A DNA stretch of 64,000 nucleotides from Alphaproteobacteria bacterium (GCA_965228895.1 OZ245842.1:3680001-3744000), one strand, 5' to 3'; shown: positions 38,378 to 48,314, numbered from the stretch's first letter. Numbers and translations: made by a program. Notes: generated from the letters alone by a model not told the origin.

Positions 38378-38926
38378 ATGAGCACGCTTGAACAGGATGC
38401 TCGGCTGAACCGCCGGTTGGCGCATGATCGGCCAGGCCGGCGATTTTCGGCGATCGACGACGCGGCCTGGGGCGAGCTGATCGATCGGCCACCCTATGGC
38501 AGCTACAACTTCCACCCGGCTGATCTGGCCCACCATCACGGCGCCGGCGCCGCGCCCTTCGGCGACATCGCCAAACGCGACGCCAAAACAACCGTGTGGT
38601 CCGTGCATCAGGTAACGGAAGTGGTCGATGCCGGACCCGTGATTGGCCAGTCACCGCCGGTCTACATCCGCGACCGAGAGCGTGACGTTCCTGAACCCAT
38701 GCTGATGTTCAACAAGATGCTCTATCCACTCGGCACCATGGTCCAGATCATGATCGAAGCACTGCTCGAACGCTTCGCTGAGGGAAAGGAAGGCCATCTT
38801 GAGCACGTTGACTTCGCCGGCCGATTTCCCGCCGATGTCAAAGTACGGATGCAGGAACCGGTAGCAGATAGCGATGCGCTGACATCTCTCACCGAATCAC
38901 CGCCGGTTGTCGTCAACCTCGACTGA
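38378..38926 (+). pseudogene. Formyltransferase-family protein, apparently N-terminally truncated
   Basis: LIDRPPYGSYNFHP, SVHQVTEVVDAGPVIG catalytic motifs, but only about 30 aa precede them. Confidence 0.5.
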
Positions 38927-38948
38927 GGTTCCAGTTTCGCTGTTGCGG

Positions 38949-39602
38949 TCAGGCGGCAGCCTCAATCATCTGAAAGACGGCATCTTCGATTCGCTTGTCG
39001 AGACCGTTGCTCATTGACGGGATCGCTCTGTCGGGTCCGAAATAGGGCGAAGATCCCACCATCATCGCGTAAATCATGATGCCGAGTTGGCGGCAGGCGC
39101 GTTTGTCGAGCTCTGGCCGGATCGTGCCAATCACGTTGGCATACCGGCCGGTCACCCAGCGGTGCCAGTTGTTGCTGAGACGCCGTAGCGCGCGGTCACG
39201 TTCGGCGAGCGACCAGCGCTCGCGGACCTGGGCGACGAACCTGGGGTCTCGGTTTGCCGCCAGTTCGAACGCGACAAGCCGGCGCAGCCGCTCTCGGGCG
39301 TTGGGCGCCGGTGCATCGTGGACCTCCAGCCAGATCCGTTTATGTGCCTCCACATGCTCGGCAAATGCAGCCAGCAAAAGGTCGGACCGGGTCGGGAAGT
39401 AGTACTGCAGGTTGCCCTTGCTGATGCCGACGCGCCGGGCGACCGCTTCCAAAGTCAGATCGTTGTAACCCGCCTCCACGACCACATCGAGCGCGGCCTG
39501 AAGGATTTGCGCGGCACGGCGGCTGCCCTTTCTGGTCGCCGCGGCATCGTCACGCATGCCCTCTCTTTTCGTCATCGGCAAGCTGTCACCGGCAGCATCC
39601 AT
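38949..39602 (-). CDS. TetR/AcrR family regulator
   Basis: ILQAAL...GY...TLEAVARRVGISKGNLQYYFPTRSDL. Confidence 0.92.
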   Translation of the reverse strand: MDAAGDSLPMTKREGMRDDAAATRKGSRRAAQILQAALDVVVEAGYNDLTLEAVARRVGISKGNLQYYFPTRSDLLLAAFAEHVEAHKRIWLEVHDAPAPNARERLRRLVAFELAANRDPRFVAQVRERWSLAERDRALRRLSNNWHRWVTGRYANVIGTIRPELDKRACRQLGIMIYAMMVGSSPYFGPDRAIPSMSNGLDKRIEDAVFQMIEAAA

Positions 39603-39613
39603 TATTCTTTCCG

Positions 39614-39665
39614 TTGACAATAGGCCACTGGCCTATAATTTTAGGCCTACGGCCTATTCTGTCAA
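39614..39665. promoter_or_regulatory. Overlapping divergent promoters with twin TetR operators
   Basis: TTGACA on both strands (39614-39619 +, 39660-39665 -); operators ATAGGCC-act-GGCCTAT (39620-39636) and TAGGCC-tac-GGCCTA (39642-39656). Confidence 0.8.
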
Positions 39666-39685
39666 TGCATGCGGTGGAGTTTTGC

Positions 39686-40399
39686 GTGTTGCCGAGCGAC
39701 AATGTGGATACCGTCGTCTTTCTGCCGGGCCTGCTGGACGATGTTCAGATGTGGAACCACCAGCTTGAGCACCTGGGCGATGTTGCGCAGCCCGTGGCCG
39801 TTGACCTGCTGGAACAGGAAACCGTCGGCGACGGCGCTGCCCGCGTGCTCGATACCGTCCGCGGTACGTTCGCCTTGGTCGGCTTTTCCATGGGCGGTTA
39901 TGTCGCCTTGGAGATCATGCGCCGCGCGCCCGAGCGCGTGACCAAGCTAGCGATGATCGACACCTCGGCGCGAGGCGATACGGACGACCGCACGGTCGAA
40001 CGCAAGCGCCAGATAGCGCTCGCCGAAGCCGGCAAGTACCCCGCCCTCGTCGATCAGGCTCTGCCCAATGTCGTGCACCCCAGCCGTCATGACGACATGG
40101 TGTTGATGTCGACACTGCGCACCATGGCGTTGCGCGTCGGGGCAGAGGCCTTCGTCCGCCAGATGAAAACCATCATGAGCCGGCCCGACAGCCGCCCGGA
40201 CCTCGCCGCCATCCAACGCCCGACCCTGGTAATCTGTGGACGTCAGGACACGCTGACGCCGCCTGAGCTATCGGAGGAGATGGGTGCCGGCATCCCCGGC
40301 GCGCGCGTCGCGCTCATTGAAGACTGCAACCACTACGCACCGATGGAGCGCCCTTATGCGGTTACCGCCCTGCTGCAGCAATGGCTGCGTTATGGCTGA
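39686..40399 (+). CDS. Alpha/beta hydrolase
   Basis: FLPGLLDD, GFSMGG, GRQDTLTP, CNHYAPMERP. Confidence 0.88.
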   Translation: MLPSDNVDTVVFLPGLLDDVQMWNHQLEHLGDVAQPVAVDLLEQETVGDGAARVLDTVRGTFALVGFSMGGYVALEIMRRAPERVTKLAMIDTSARGDTDDRTVERKRQIALAEAGKYPALVDQALPNVVHPSRHDDMVLMSTLRTMALRVGAEAFVRQMKTIMSRPDSRPDLAAIQRPTLVICGRQDTLTPPELSEEMGAGIPGARVALIEDCNHYAPMERPYAVTALLQQWLRYG

Positions 40400-40402
40400 A
40401 CC

Positions 40403-41689
40403 ATGAAAGCAATCGATACGGACGTGGTGATCATCGGCGCCGGCATTGCCGGTCTGACGGCGGCATGGCGGCTTCTCGAGGCCGGACGCTCGGTTGCCGT
40501 CCTGGAAGCCAACAGCCGTGTCGGCGGTCGCATCTATGGCTTTTCGATTGGCGACAGAGTGGTGCAGCTCGGTGGCCGATGGATCGGTCCTGGCCAGGAC
40601 GCCATCAAGCGCTTGGCCGGCGAACTCGATGTCGCCGTGAAACCTCTCCAGATCTTTGACGCCGCCGCCGAGGCGCGTGGCGTGAACAAGCCCGATGTGA
40701 TCGAGGCTGTGCGGGAGATCGACAACGCCGCCGCCATGGTGCCCCTGGACCAACCGTGGACCGTGCCCGACGCTGATATCCTTGACGGCCAGACGCTCGC
40801 TACCTGGCTGTCGACAACCTTCGGTCCTCAGCATGCCGCAACGCTCGGCGACATCCTGACCGGGTTCCTGCCGGAACCTCAGGATGTCTCGCTGCTCCAC
40901 GCGCTCTTCTACCTCAAATCCAACGGCGGGTTCGCCAGCATCCTGGGGCTGGACGGGCCGGCCCATGACAGCGAGATCTTTGTCGGCGGCGCGCACGCCA
41001 TGACCGACACACTGGCGGAACGCCTGAGTGACGCGATTTATCTGGAGACCTCGGCGATGTCGGTGCGTCATGACGGCAGTGGCGTCGCGGTTATTGCCGA
41101 CGGACTCACGGTTGACGCAAGCCATGCCATCGTCACCCTGCCGCCGGTGCTTGCCGGCCGCTTGCGCTGGGATCCACCTTTGCCGCCCGCCCGCGACTAC
41201 CTGACACAGCGCATGCCGATACGCGGCAAGGTCACGGCAGTGGCGATCTACGACCAGCCATTCTGGCGCGACGCCGGCATGACCAGTTTCGCATCCGACG
41301 CCATGATTGCCTGGGACGAAGGCGGCGACGAGCTTCCCGCCGCCTTCACCATGCTGGTCTCGATCCGCCGCTCGCGGGAGATCTGGGCGATGCCGGAGTC
41401 CGAGCGCCAAGCGGCGCTGCTCGATGACCTCGCCGCCGGATTGGGGCCGGATGCGCGCAATGCCCACGCCGTGCACATGGTCAACTGGGCGGCGGAACCT
41501 TGGAGTCGGGGCTGCAACTCCTTCATGACCACCGGCGCTTGGACCAACTGGGGTCATGCGTTGCGTGAACCGGTCGGGCGCATCCGCTGGGCCTGCGCCG
41601 AAGTCAGCGAACAGTTCGCCGGCCAGATGGAGGGCGCGGTCCGTACCGCCGAGTCGGCGGCGAGCGCCGTCGACGAAGCGCTGGCCTGA
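40403..41689 (+). CDS. Flavin monoamine oxidase family protein
   Basis: IIGAGIAGL, EANSRVGGR, LGGRWIGPGQ, W..EPWSRG, LREPVGRI, GQMEGAV. Confidence 0.9.
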   Translation: MKAIDTDVVIIGAGIAGLTAAWRLLEAGRSVAVLEANSRVGGRIYGFSIGDRVVQLGGRWIGPGQDAIKRLAGELDVAVKPLQIFDAAAEARGVNKPDVIEAVREIDNAAAMVPLDQPWTVPDADILDGQTLATWLSTTFGPQHAATLGDILTGFLPEPQDVSLLHALFYLKSNGGFASILGLDGPAHDSEIFVGGAHAMTDTLAERLSDAIYLETSAMSVRHDGSGVAVIADGLTVDASHAIVTLPPVLAGRLRWDPPLPPARDYLTQRMPIRGKVTAVAIYDQPFWRDAGMTSFASDAMIAWDEGGDELPAAFTMLVSIRRSREIWAMPESERQAALLDDLAAGLGPDARNAHAVHMVNWAAEPWSRGCNSFMTTGAWTNWGHALREPVGRIRWACAEVSEQFAGQMEGAVRTAESAASAVDEALA

Positions 41690-41707
41690 GACAAAAAGAG
41701 GAACACG

Positions 41708-42916
41708 ATGGACAACCAACTTGCCAGTTTGATCACGCAAGCCGAGTGCGACGCGGTGATGGCGCCGATCGGCGAGGCCCTGACACCGCCACCGCCTGCC
41801 TTTACCGACGACGACTGGTTTGCGCTGGAGGCCGAACGGATCTTCCGGCGCAACTGGACAGCCGTGATGTTCGATTGCGCCCTGCCCGACCCCGGCGACG
41901 CCCACCCGTTCGACGTCTTCGGCATGCCGCTCGTGGCCCTGCGTGGCGATGACGGCATCCTGCGTGTCTTCCACAACATCTGCCCGTATGACGGTTGTCC
42001 GGCCGTACGCGGCGATCGCAAAGGGCTAACGGATATCGAAGTCCTCTACCACGGTTGGCGTTACGATCTGCGCGGCCGGCTGAGCGACGCACCCTATTGG
42101 TCCGGCAGGCCGCAGACGGGTCCGGGCGACCTTAACGGCCATGACGGCAACCTGGTTGAGATACGCGCGGCGGTGCGCATTGGTACCGTCTTCATCGACC
42201 TCGACGGTAAGGCGCCGAATATCGACGACTGGCTCGGACCGTGGATGCGCGCGGTCGGCGGCGACTACGCGGTCGAACGTCTGGTTCCCGCCCGCGACAG
42301 CGACGGCAAGCCGCTGATCGAAACCCGCACGGTCAAGGCCAACTGGAAGACCTACCAGGAAAACGCCTCGATCAACCTATTGCACGAGGGTTTCACCCAC
42401 GACCTCTACCGCAAGTCACCGGAGGTGCCGCGCGTCGATGCCGACGGCAAACCGGCTTTCGAACTCTTTATGGAGGACGCGCTCGTCGCGTTCGGGCATA
42501 GCCGTCAGAAAAGCGGCAACACCTATGATCCCATCCGCCTGCCGACCGCCGGCCACGATATCCAGCGCCAGCCGGATTGGGGGTACTTCACAACGCTCTA
42601 CCCAAACGTCAACGTGCCGCTGCTCGACGCGTTCATGAAGGTGAACATAGCGATCCCCACCGGACCGGGCGAAACACACCTGCAGCACCTGCGCTTCTAT
42701 AGTCCCGAGGCGCTGGCCGACGACAACTTCCAGGCCGAGGAAGCCGCGGTCCAGGCGCTCTTCGATGTCGTGCACTACGAAGACAAACTCGCGATTGAAG
42801 CGGTTCAGGAGGCGCGCCGCTCACCGGTCTGGCGCCAGCATTTCTACGCGCCATTCTGGGATGACCTGCACCACTATTTCAACCAACGCGTCATGGCCGA
42901 CATGATGCGCGCGTAA
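41708..42916 (+). CDS. Rieske oxygenase alpha-subunit homolog (choline monooxygenase-like) with a degenerate Rieske motif
   Basis: E.ERIF.RNW, LRVFHNIC, YHGWRYDL.GRL, ANWKTYQEN, H....H, EDK.AIE.VQ. Confidence 0.8.
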   Translation: MDNQLASLITQAECDAVMAPIGEALTPPPPAFTDDDWFALEAERIFRRNWTAVMFDCALPDPGDAHPFDVFGMPLVALRGDDGILRVFHNICPYDGCPAVRGDRKGLTDIEVLYHGWRYDLRGRLSDAPYWSGRPQTGPGDLNGHDGNLVEIRAAVRIGTVFIDLDGKAPNIDDWLGPWMRAVGGDYAVERLVPARDSDGKPLIETRTVKANWKTYQENASINLLHEGFTHDLYRKSPEVPRVDADGKPAFELFMEDALVAFGHSRQKSGNTYDPIRLPTAGHDIQRQPDWGYFTTLYPNVNVPLLDAFMKVNIAIPTGPGETHLQHLRFYSPEALADDNFQAEEAAVQALFDVVHYEDKLAIEAVQEARRSPVWRQHFYAPFWDDLHHYFNQRVMADMMRA

Positions 42917-42976
42917 GGTTCCAACGGTCGACATCGCCGACCGCAGCCTCTATTCAAGCGACGGCATGGAGGTGCC

Positions 42977-43603
42977 ATGAACTCAGCGCTTTGGGCGAGC
43001 TTTGCGACCATCATGGGTGTTTGGCTGATCACCGTGATCAGCCCCGGCCCGAACTTTTTGGCCACCGTCTACACCACGGCGAGCCAGTCGCGCCGGCTTG
43101 GCCTGCTGGTTTCCCTGGGTATTGCCGTGGGCACCACGGTCTGGGCGACAGCCAGCTTGCTGGGACTGAGCCTGTTGTTCGAAACAGCCACGTGGCTTTA
43201 TCAGTCGGTCAAACTGGCAGGTGCCCTCTTCCTCATCTACCTCGGCCTTCGTACGATCGTCTTGGCGCGCCGTTTGCCGGCATCGGGACCCGCACCCGCT
43301 GTTCCCGTCTCCGCCGGACAGGCATTTCGTCGCGGTCTCATTGTCGACCTCAGCAATCCCAAGGCCGCCGTCTTCTTCGCCAGCCTGTTCGCGGTGACCG
43401 TCCCGCCCGATGCACCCCTGTGGTTCCAAACCGCCATCGTCGCCGCCGTCGTCGTGCTGGCCGGCGGCTGGTATGCCCTGGCGGCGTGTGTCGTTGACCT
43501 GAAACCGATCGCGCAGCTGTTGCGCCGGGCTCAGCGTGCCTTCTCGTATGCTTCCGGCGGCATCTTTGTCGCACTTGGCCTACGCCTCGCCACCGACCGG
43601 TGA
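42977..43603 (+). CDS. LysE family translocator
   Basis: ISPGPN, KLAGALFLIYLG, LSNPKAAVFF. Confidence 0.92.
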   Translation: MNSALWASFATIMGVWLITVISPGPNFLATVYTTASQSRRLGLLVSLGIAVGTTVWATASLLGLSLLFETATWLYQSVKLAGALFLIYLGLRTIVLARRLPASGPAPAVPVSAGQAFRRGLIVDLSNPKAAVFFASLFAVTVPPDAPLWFQTAIVAAVVVLAGGWYALAACVVDLKPIAQLLRRAQRAFSYASGGIFVALGLRLATDR

Positions 43604-43661
43604 TCGGGACACATCCGTCGATAACAACCTCTCACCGGGGCCGTCGTCGGGACACCCTCAG

Positions 43662-45572
43662 CTACTGCAGTGGAATGCCCGCGCTGACCAGGGCCGCCGT
43701 CAACCGATCCCAGTCTTCCTGGTGACTGTAAGGCTGCGCGTCTTTGATGCCGTTTACGGTGAGTTCCGGCATGAGGGCGAGCGCCTCGCGTGCCGCTGCT
43801 TGCGCGTCCGCGGTACGGCCTGCCTGATCGTAGACAAAGGCCAGATTGACCAGCGTCCAGGCGCGGCGGTTGTCGTTTTCAGCCCGGCTCACCGCATCGA
43901 GCGCCCACTCGACGGCCTGATCTGTTTCGTCCTTGAATATGTAGTCGCGCGACAGATAAAGCGAATACCAGCTTGGATAGACGGGGTTGATGCGCATCGC
44001 CCGGTCGATCAGCTCGATCGATTTGTCGTATTGCCGGTTGAACGAGGCGACGAACCCCGCGAGTGCCAGGACGAACGAGTTGTTGGGATCAAGTTCGGTC
44101 GCGCTCGATGTGTTCGCCATGGCGGAATCGTAACGGCCCGCGATCTGATCGATATAGGCGTTCAGAATGTCGAGCTCGGCCTGTTCGGCGTCGGTCGTTT
44201 GTTCGTCAAGTGCCGCGGCCCTCTGCAAAAGATCCGCGGCATTCTGAAGCGATTCCTTCGCATCGTCGCTATAGCCCCATTGGGCGTCGCGGATGTAGGT
44301 GCGTGCCTCAAGCAGATAGGCCTCGCGATACTTGGGATCGAGCGCCAGAACCTGCTTGATCAAGCGCCGCGTCTCGATCGACGCCTGACGGTCGTACTTG
44401 CGGAACTCGGTCTCTGCCTTCATGAGCGCGAGGTAAGCATCGACATTGTCCGTGCTGGCGCCGCGGACGGCTGCCTGGTAGCCCTCGGTCAACTGGACCT
44501 GCAGCGAGACGAGCACCCTCAGCGCGATCTCGTCTTGAAGACTGAAGAGATCGTCGACATTCCGATCATATCGGCCGGTCCACAGGTTTTCGCCACGCTC
44601 GGTATCGGCCAGCTCAACCAGAATGCGCGCACTGTCGCCGGAAAGCTGCACGGTCCCGTCAACGACGTAGGCCACGTTCAGATCTTGCCCAACCTGACGA
44701 ACATCGACGGGCTGATCTTTGTAGCTGTTAATGGAGTTGCGCGAGATGACAAAGATCTCCGGCACATCCGCCAGCGCGCTGATGATCGATGCCGTCATGC
44801 CGTCGGCGATCATGTTGCCTTCATCGCTCATCGACAGGCTCTCGAACGGCAGAACGGCAATCGACGGCCGGTTCGGGAAACGTTCGGACGATGTCTCCGG
44901 TATCGCCGACACAGGATCTCGGGAGAGATAGAGCCAGGCAACACCGGTGCCGGCGAACACGACGACGAGCGCGGCAAGCGCGGCGGCAAACAACGTCGTG
45001 CGCTTGACCTGCCGCTTGGACCGCACTTTCGGCGGCGCGTCGACGAATGCTGCGGCCTTTTCGTCCAACACGACATCATAGACCGCATCAGGCTCAGGAT
45101 GAATCTTGACCCTACGCTCGACGATCTTGTCGAAGTTGAGATCGGCCGCGGGCGTGATGTCGTCATGCACCAGGCCGGAGACACACACACCGCCCAGAAA
45201 GGCGAGTTCGGACAGCCCGCCGGCCACACTTTCCGGCCCGCCGGCAGCCGACGGGTCTGCACTGGGGTCGGAGACGACCTCGATGCCCGTTCGATAGTGT
45301 ATCTGGCGGTCCTCACGCCGCTTCTTGTTGCGCTCCCGCATGGCGATCTGCATATCGATCGCGAAGGCGACCGCCTGCATGCAGCTCTCGAACGCGATCA
45401 CAAGACGATCATCGACCGCCTTCGTGATCGTGCCGCCATGACGGGCAAGCCTGATGTCGACGATTTCGGCGCGAATTCGCTTCAGCGATGCGGCAGCGCG
45501 CGTCGAATCCATGCGCATGAGACGCGAGTACCCGACGATCGCGGTCGACAAAATGGCAGAATGCTGGTTCAT
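43662..45572 (-). CDS. Degenerate class III adenylate/guanylate cyclase domain + TM + TolB-N-like + TPR protein
   Basis: IVGYSRLM, HGG.I.K, GGVCVS; TM helix; RPSIAVLPF, VISRNS, YVVDGTV, LQDEIA; TPR repeats. Confidence 0.85.
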   Translation of the reverse strand: MNQHSAILSTAIVGYSRLMRMDSTRAAASLKRIRAEIVDIRLARHGGTITKAVDDRLVIAFESCMQAVAFAIDMQIAMRERNKKRREDRQIHYRTGIEVVSDPSADPSAAGGPESVAGGLSELAFLGGVCVSGLVHDDITPAADLNFDKIVERRVKIHPEPDAVYDVVLDEKAAAFVDAPPKVRSKRQVKRTTLFAAALAALVVVFAGTGVAWLYLSRDPVSAIPETSSERFPNRPSIAVLPFESLSMSDEGNMIADGMTASIISALADVPEIFVISRNSINSYKDQPVDVRQVGQDLNVAYVVDGTVQLSGDSARILVELADTERGENLWTGRYDRNVDDLFSLQDEIALRVLVSLQVQLTEGYQAAVRGASTDNVDAYLALMKAETEFRKYDRQASIETRRLIKQVLALDPKYREAYLLEARTYIRDAQWGYSDDAKESLQNAADLLQRAAALDEQTTDAEQAELDILNAYIDQIAGRYDSAMANTSSATELDPNNSFVLALAGFVASFNRQYDKSIELIDRAMRINPVYPSWYSLYLSRDYIFKDETDQAVEWALDAVSRAENDNRRAWTLVNLAFVYDQAGRTADAQAAAREALALMPELTVNGIKDAQPYSHQEDWDRLTAALVSAGIPLQ

Positions 45573-45759
45573 AGACGCTCCGTAGGGCGCGAGATTATCG
45601 GAGCCATGCCGAAGAATCCACGTGGGCACGGCGGCTTTACCGGACCCGGCCCGATGGTACAAAGATCTGCGGCATCGCCTTCATCATCGCAGGCGCGACT
45701 TGTACCCGGCAACGACACCTGAAAAACTGGCCTCGGCTGCGAATTGACTGGGTTGGCGC

Positions 45760-48288
45760 GTGACCGACGTCTCGATAGATCAACAGGTACGACGATCCCC
45801 TCTGCCTTGGCCCGATGACTATCGGGACTTGGAGCCGGTCCTGCGTCAGGAGTGGGGCGTTGACGGCGAAATCTACCTGAACCGCCAACTCAGCGGCAAA
45901 TCAGGCGCCCTGGTGTTCGCCGCGGATCTGACCGGCAAGGACTTTGCCGGACAGGCTATTCTGAAGCTCGATCGCACCTCCCGGACGGACTGGTCCGAGG
46001 ACCAGGAGTTCGAGCGCCACAGACGCGCCTTCGAGGTGAACCCGGACTACGCTGCCGCACACTTGCCGCGCATCGTTCACGCCGCGCAGCATGGTGATTA
46101 CATCGCCATTCTCTCAACGATTGCCGGGCGTGGACTTGAGTACGCTCTGCCCTGGGCGGAATGTGCCTGGATGCCGCAACTGAACGTCGCCGGGCGCCTG
46201 GCCGACGATTTGCTGGAGTGCTGGAACGAGAATGCCTTTCTTGATCCGGCCATGCTCGAACCTCGCGATCTCTTGCAATCATGGCTGGGCTATCGGCTCG
46301 ACCCGAACGACGGTGGACGCATTCACGACTTTCTGGGTTCGACATGCGGCGTACCGGCACTGACGCCGGCGCTTTCGTTCGAAGGCGAGTGGCGCCCCAA
46401 TCCGCTGGCGTTCGCGGAACAGGTGGTCACCGCCGGATCGTCGATACGCCTGCGCGCAATCCGCGGCAACGTCCATGGCGACCTGCACGGTTTCAACGTG
46501 CTGGTGCGTCGCCAGGCAGAGGTCAAACCGGACTACTACCTCATCGACCTGGATCTTTATCGCGATGACGGCTTCCTCTTTTTTGACCACGCCTATTTTG
46601 AGCTGACCTACCTGATTACTGAACGCCAGTCGATCGAACCCAGCCGGTGGAAGTCGATCCTGAACACGCTCAGCCCGCGCGCCTACATTCAAGAAGAAGA
46701 TGTCGTCACCGGTGACGACGTCGGCATGCTGCAACTCGTCAACGACATGCGCGACGAGGTGAAAACCTGGATCGATCGGCACGAACCCAACCGCCTGTCC
46801 TACATGGAAAGCCAGTCCCTTATGGGCCGCATCGCGGCCGGGCTTGCCCTGACGCACCAGACACGGTCAAGCGCGGTACGCGCGATGGCGTTTCTGTACG
46901 CAGCAACCAGCTTACAGGACTTCCTGACACTGCACGATGTCGAGTGGCCTAAGAACGGGCCGGCCTTCACCTACGATCCGACCGGCGACGCCACGAATCA
47001 GGCGGCCACGCCGGTCGTATCCAACACCCCGACACAAATGGCGCCACTTGAGGCTTCCACCGACAATACAGCCGACAGCGCCCATCCGACCAAACCGTCA
47101 ATCGCCGTCTTGGCGTTCGCAAACCACAGTGACGATCCCGATCAGACGTACTTTGCCGAAGGCATCGCCGGCGAAATCATCGCCGACCTGTCGCGCATTG
47201 ACTGGCTGATGGTGATCGCCCGGTCAACCAGCTTCGTCTATCGCGGCCAGGATCCCGATCCCCGCACGGTTGGCCGGGAACTGGGCGTTCAGTATGTCGT
47301 GGAAGGCAGCGTCCGCAAGGAGGGTCAGAAGCTGGACATCACGGTCCACCTGATCGAGGCCGCTACGGCCACCGAGCTGTGGGCCAACCGCTACACCATG
47401 GACATGGGTGTCGAGGACGTCATCGCCGCCGAAGAGGACATCGCGGCAGCCATTGTCACCACGATTGGCATGGAGGTTAACGAGAGCGAGAGCAAGCGTG
47501 CGCTGCGCAAACCACCTGAAAACCTCGATGCTTGGGATCTTTACCTTCGCGCCAGTTGGTACTTCTACCAGTTGAACGAAGAAGGTTCGAAAGCGGCCTA
47601 CAAGTTGGCCTTGATGGCGACAAAAATGGCGCCCAACTACGCGCCGCCCTATGCGCAGATCGCCCTTATCGAATCGCGCAGAGTCTTTTGGATGTTGACC
47701 GACGATGCCGCGACGTCCCTGAAGCGCGCAAACGAGTTTGCCGCCAAAGCCGTCTCGTTGGACCCCGGCAGCAGCGCGGCACGCTACGCACTGTCTCGGG
47801 CTTACATGCTAAGCGGAAAGCGTGACCTGGCGATCTCCGAAGCGGAGGCCTCCATCGCGCTCAACCCCAACTCTCAAAGAGCGCATTACTTCTTGGCGCT
47901 CGCTCTAATGTGGGATGCCCAGATTACGGAAGCCATTCCGCATATCGATATCTCCATCGATCTGAGCCCGAAAGGTCCTCTGTTGCCGATCAAGCTGGCC
48001 ACGAAGGCGGGCGCATTGGGTTTTCTGGGCAGGTTCAGCGAAGCGGAAACAGTGGCGCGTGAAGCACTGAGCTACAGAGAGAATCTTCCAGGACTGCACA
48101 TCGTTTTGGCCATTATCCTGGGTCTACAAGACCGGACTGACGAGGCCGCAGCCGCCGTAAAGCTCGTAACCGACATACGGCCGGAACTCACCATCGAGAG
48201 ACTGGCGACACTTGGACACGCCATGGACTCCGATCTGTGGGCACTCGTCCGCGAAACGCTGCGCAAGGCTGGTTTTCCCGAGAGCTAG
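45760..48288 (+). CDS. Kinase-like (APH/protein kinase-like fold) domain + TolB-N-like + TPR protein
   Basis: LSGKSGALV, ILKLD, HGDLHGFNV, LIDL; KPSIAVLAF, IARSTSF, ELGVQYVVEGSVR, PPENLDAWDLYLR; TPRs. Confidence 0.82.
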   Translation: MTDVSIDQQVRRSPLPWPDDYRDLEPVLRQEWGVDGEIYLNRQLSGKSGALVFAADLTGKDFAGQAILKLDRTSRTDWSEDQEFERHRRAFEVNPDYAAAHLPRIVHAAQHGDYIAILSTIAGRGLEYALPWAECAWMPQLNVAGRLADDLLECWNENAFLDPAMLEPRDLLQSWLGYRLDPNDGGRIHDFLGSTCGVPALTPALSFEGEWRPNPLAFAEQVVTAGSSIRLRAIRGNVHGDLHGFNVLVRRQAEVKPDYYLIDLDLYRDDGFLFFDHAYFELTYLITERQSIEPSRWKSILNTLSPRAYIQEEDVVTGDDVGMLQLVNDMRDEVKTWIDRHEPNRLSYMESQSLMGRIAAGLALTHQTRSSAVRAMAFLYAATSLQDFLTLHDVEWPKNGPAFTYDPTGDATNQAATPVVSNTPTQMAPLEASTDNTADSAHPTKPSIAVLAFANHSDDPDQTYFAEGIAGEIIADLSRIDWLMVIARSTSFVYRGQDPDPRTVGRELGVQYVVEGSVRKEGQKLDITVHLIEAATATELWANRYTMDMGVEDVIAAEEDIAAAIVTTIGMEVNESESKRALRKPPENLDAWDLYLRASWYFYQLNEEGSKAAYKLALMATKMAPNYAPPYAQIALIESRRVFWMLTDDAATSLKRANEFAAKAVSLDPGSSAARYALSRAYMLSGKRDLAISEAEASIALNPNSQRAHYFLALALMWDAQITEAIPHIDISIDLSPKGPLLPIKLATKAGALGFLGRFSEAETVAREALSYRENLPGLHIVLAIILGLQDRTDEAAAAVKLVTDIRPELTIERLATLGHAMDSDLWALVRETLRKAGFPES

Positions 48289-48314
48289 CACAACGACCTG
48301 GTCTTGAATGTCAC

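Noticed and set aside
43536-45722. 728-aa plus-strand ORF, and similar long antisense ORFs (257-1456, 7500-9077, 10790-12286, 19234-20745, 40268-41974, 49261-50910)
   Set aside because: Shadow frames opposite well-supported genes; expected in high-GC DNA and lacking motifs
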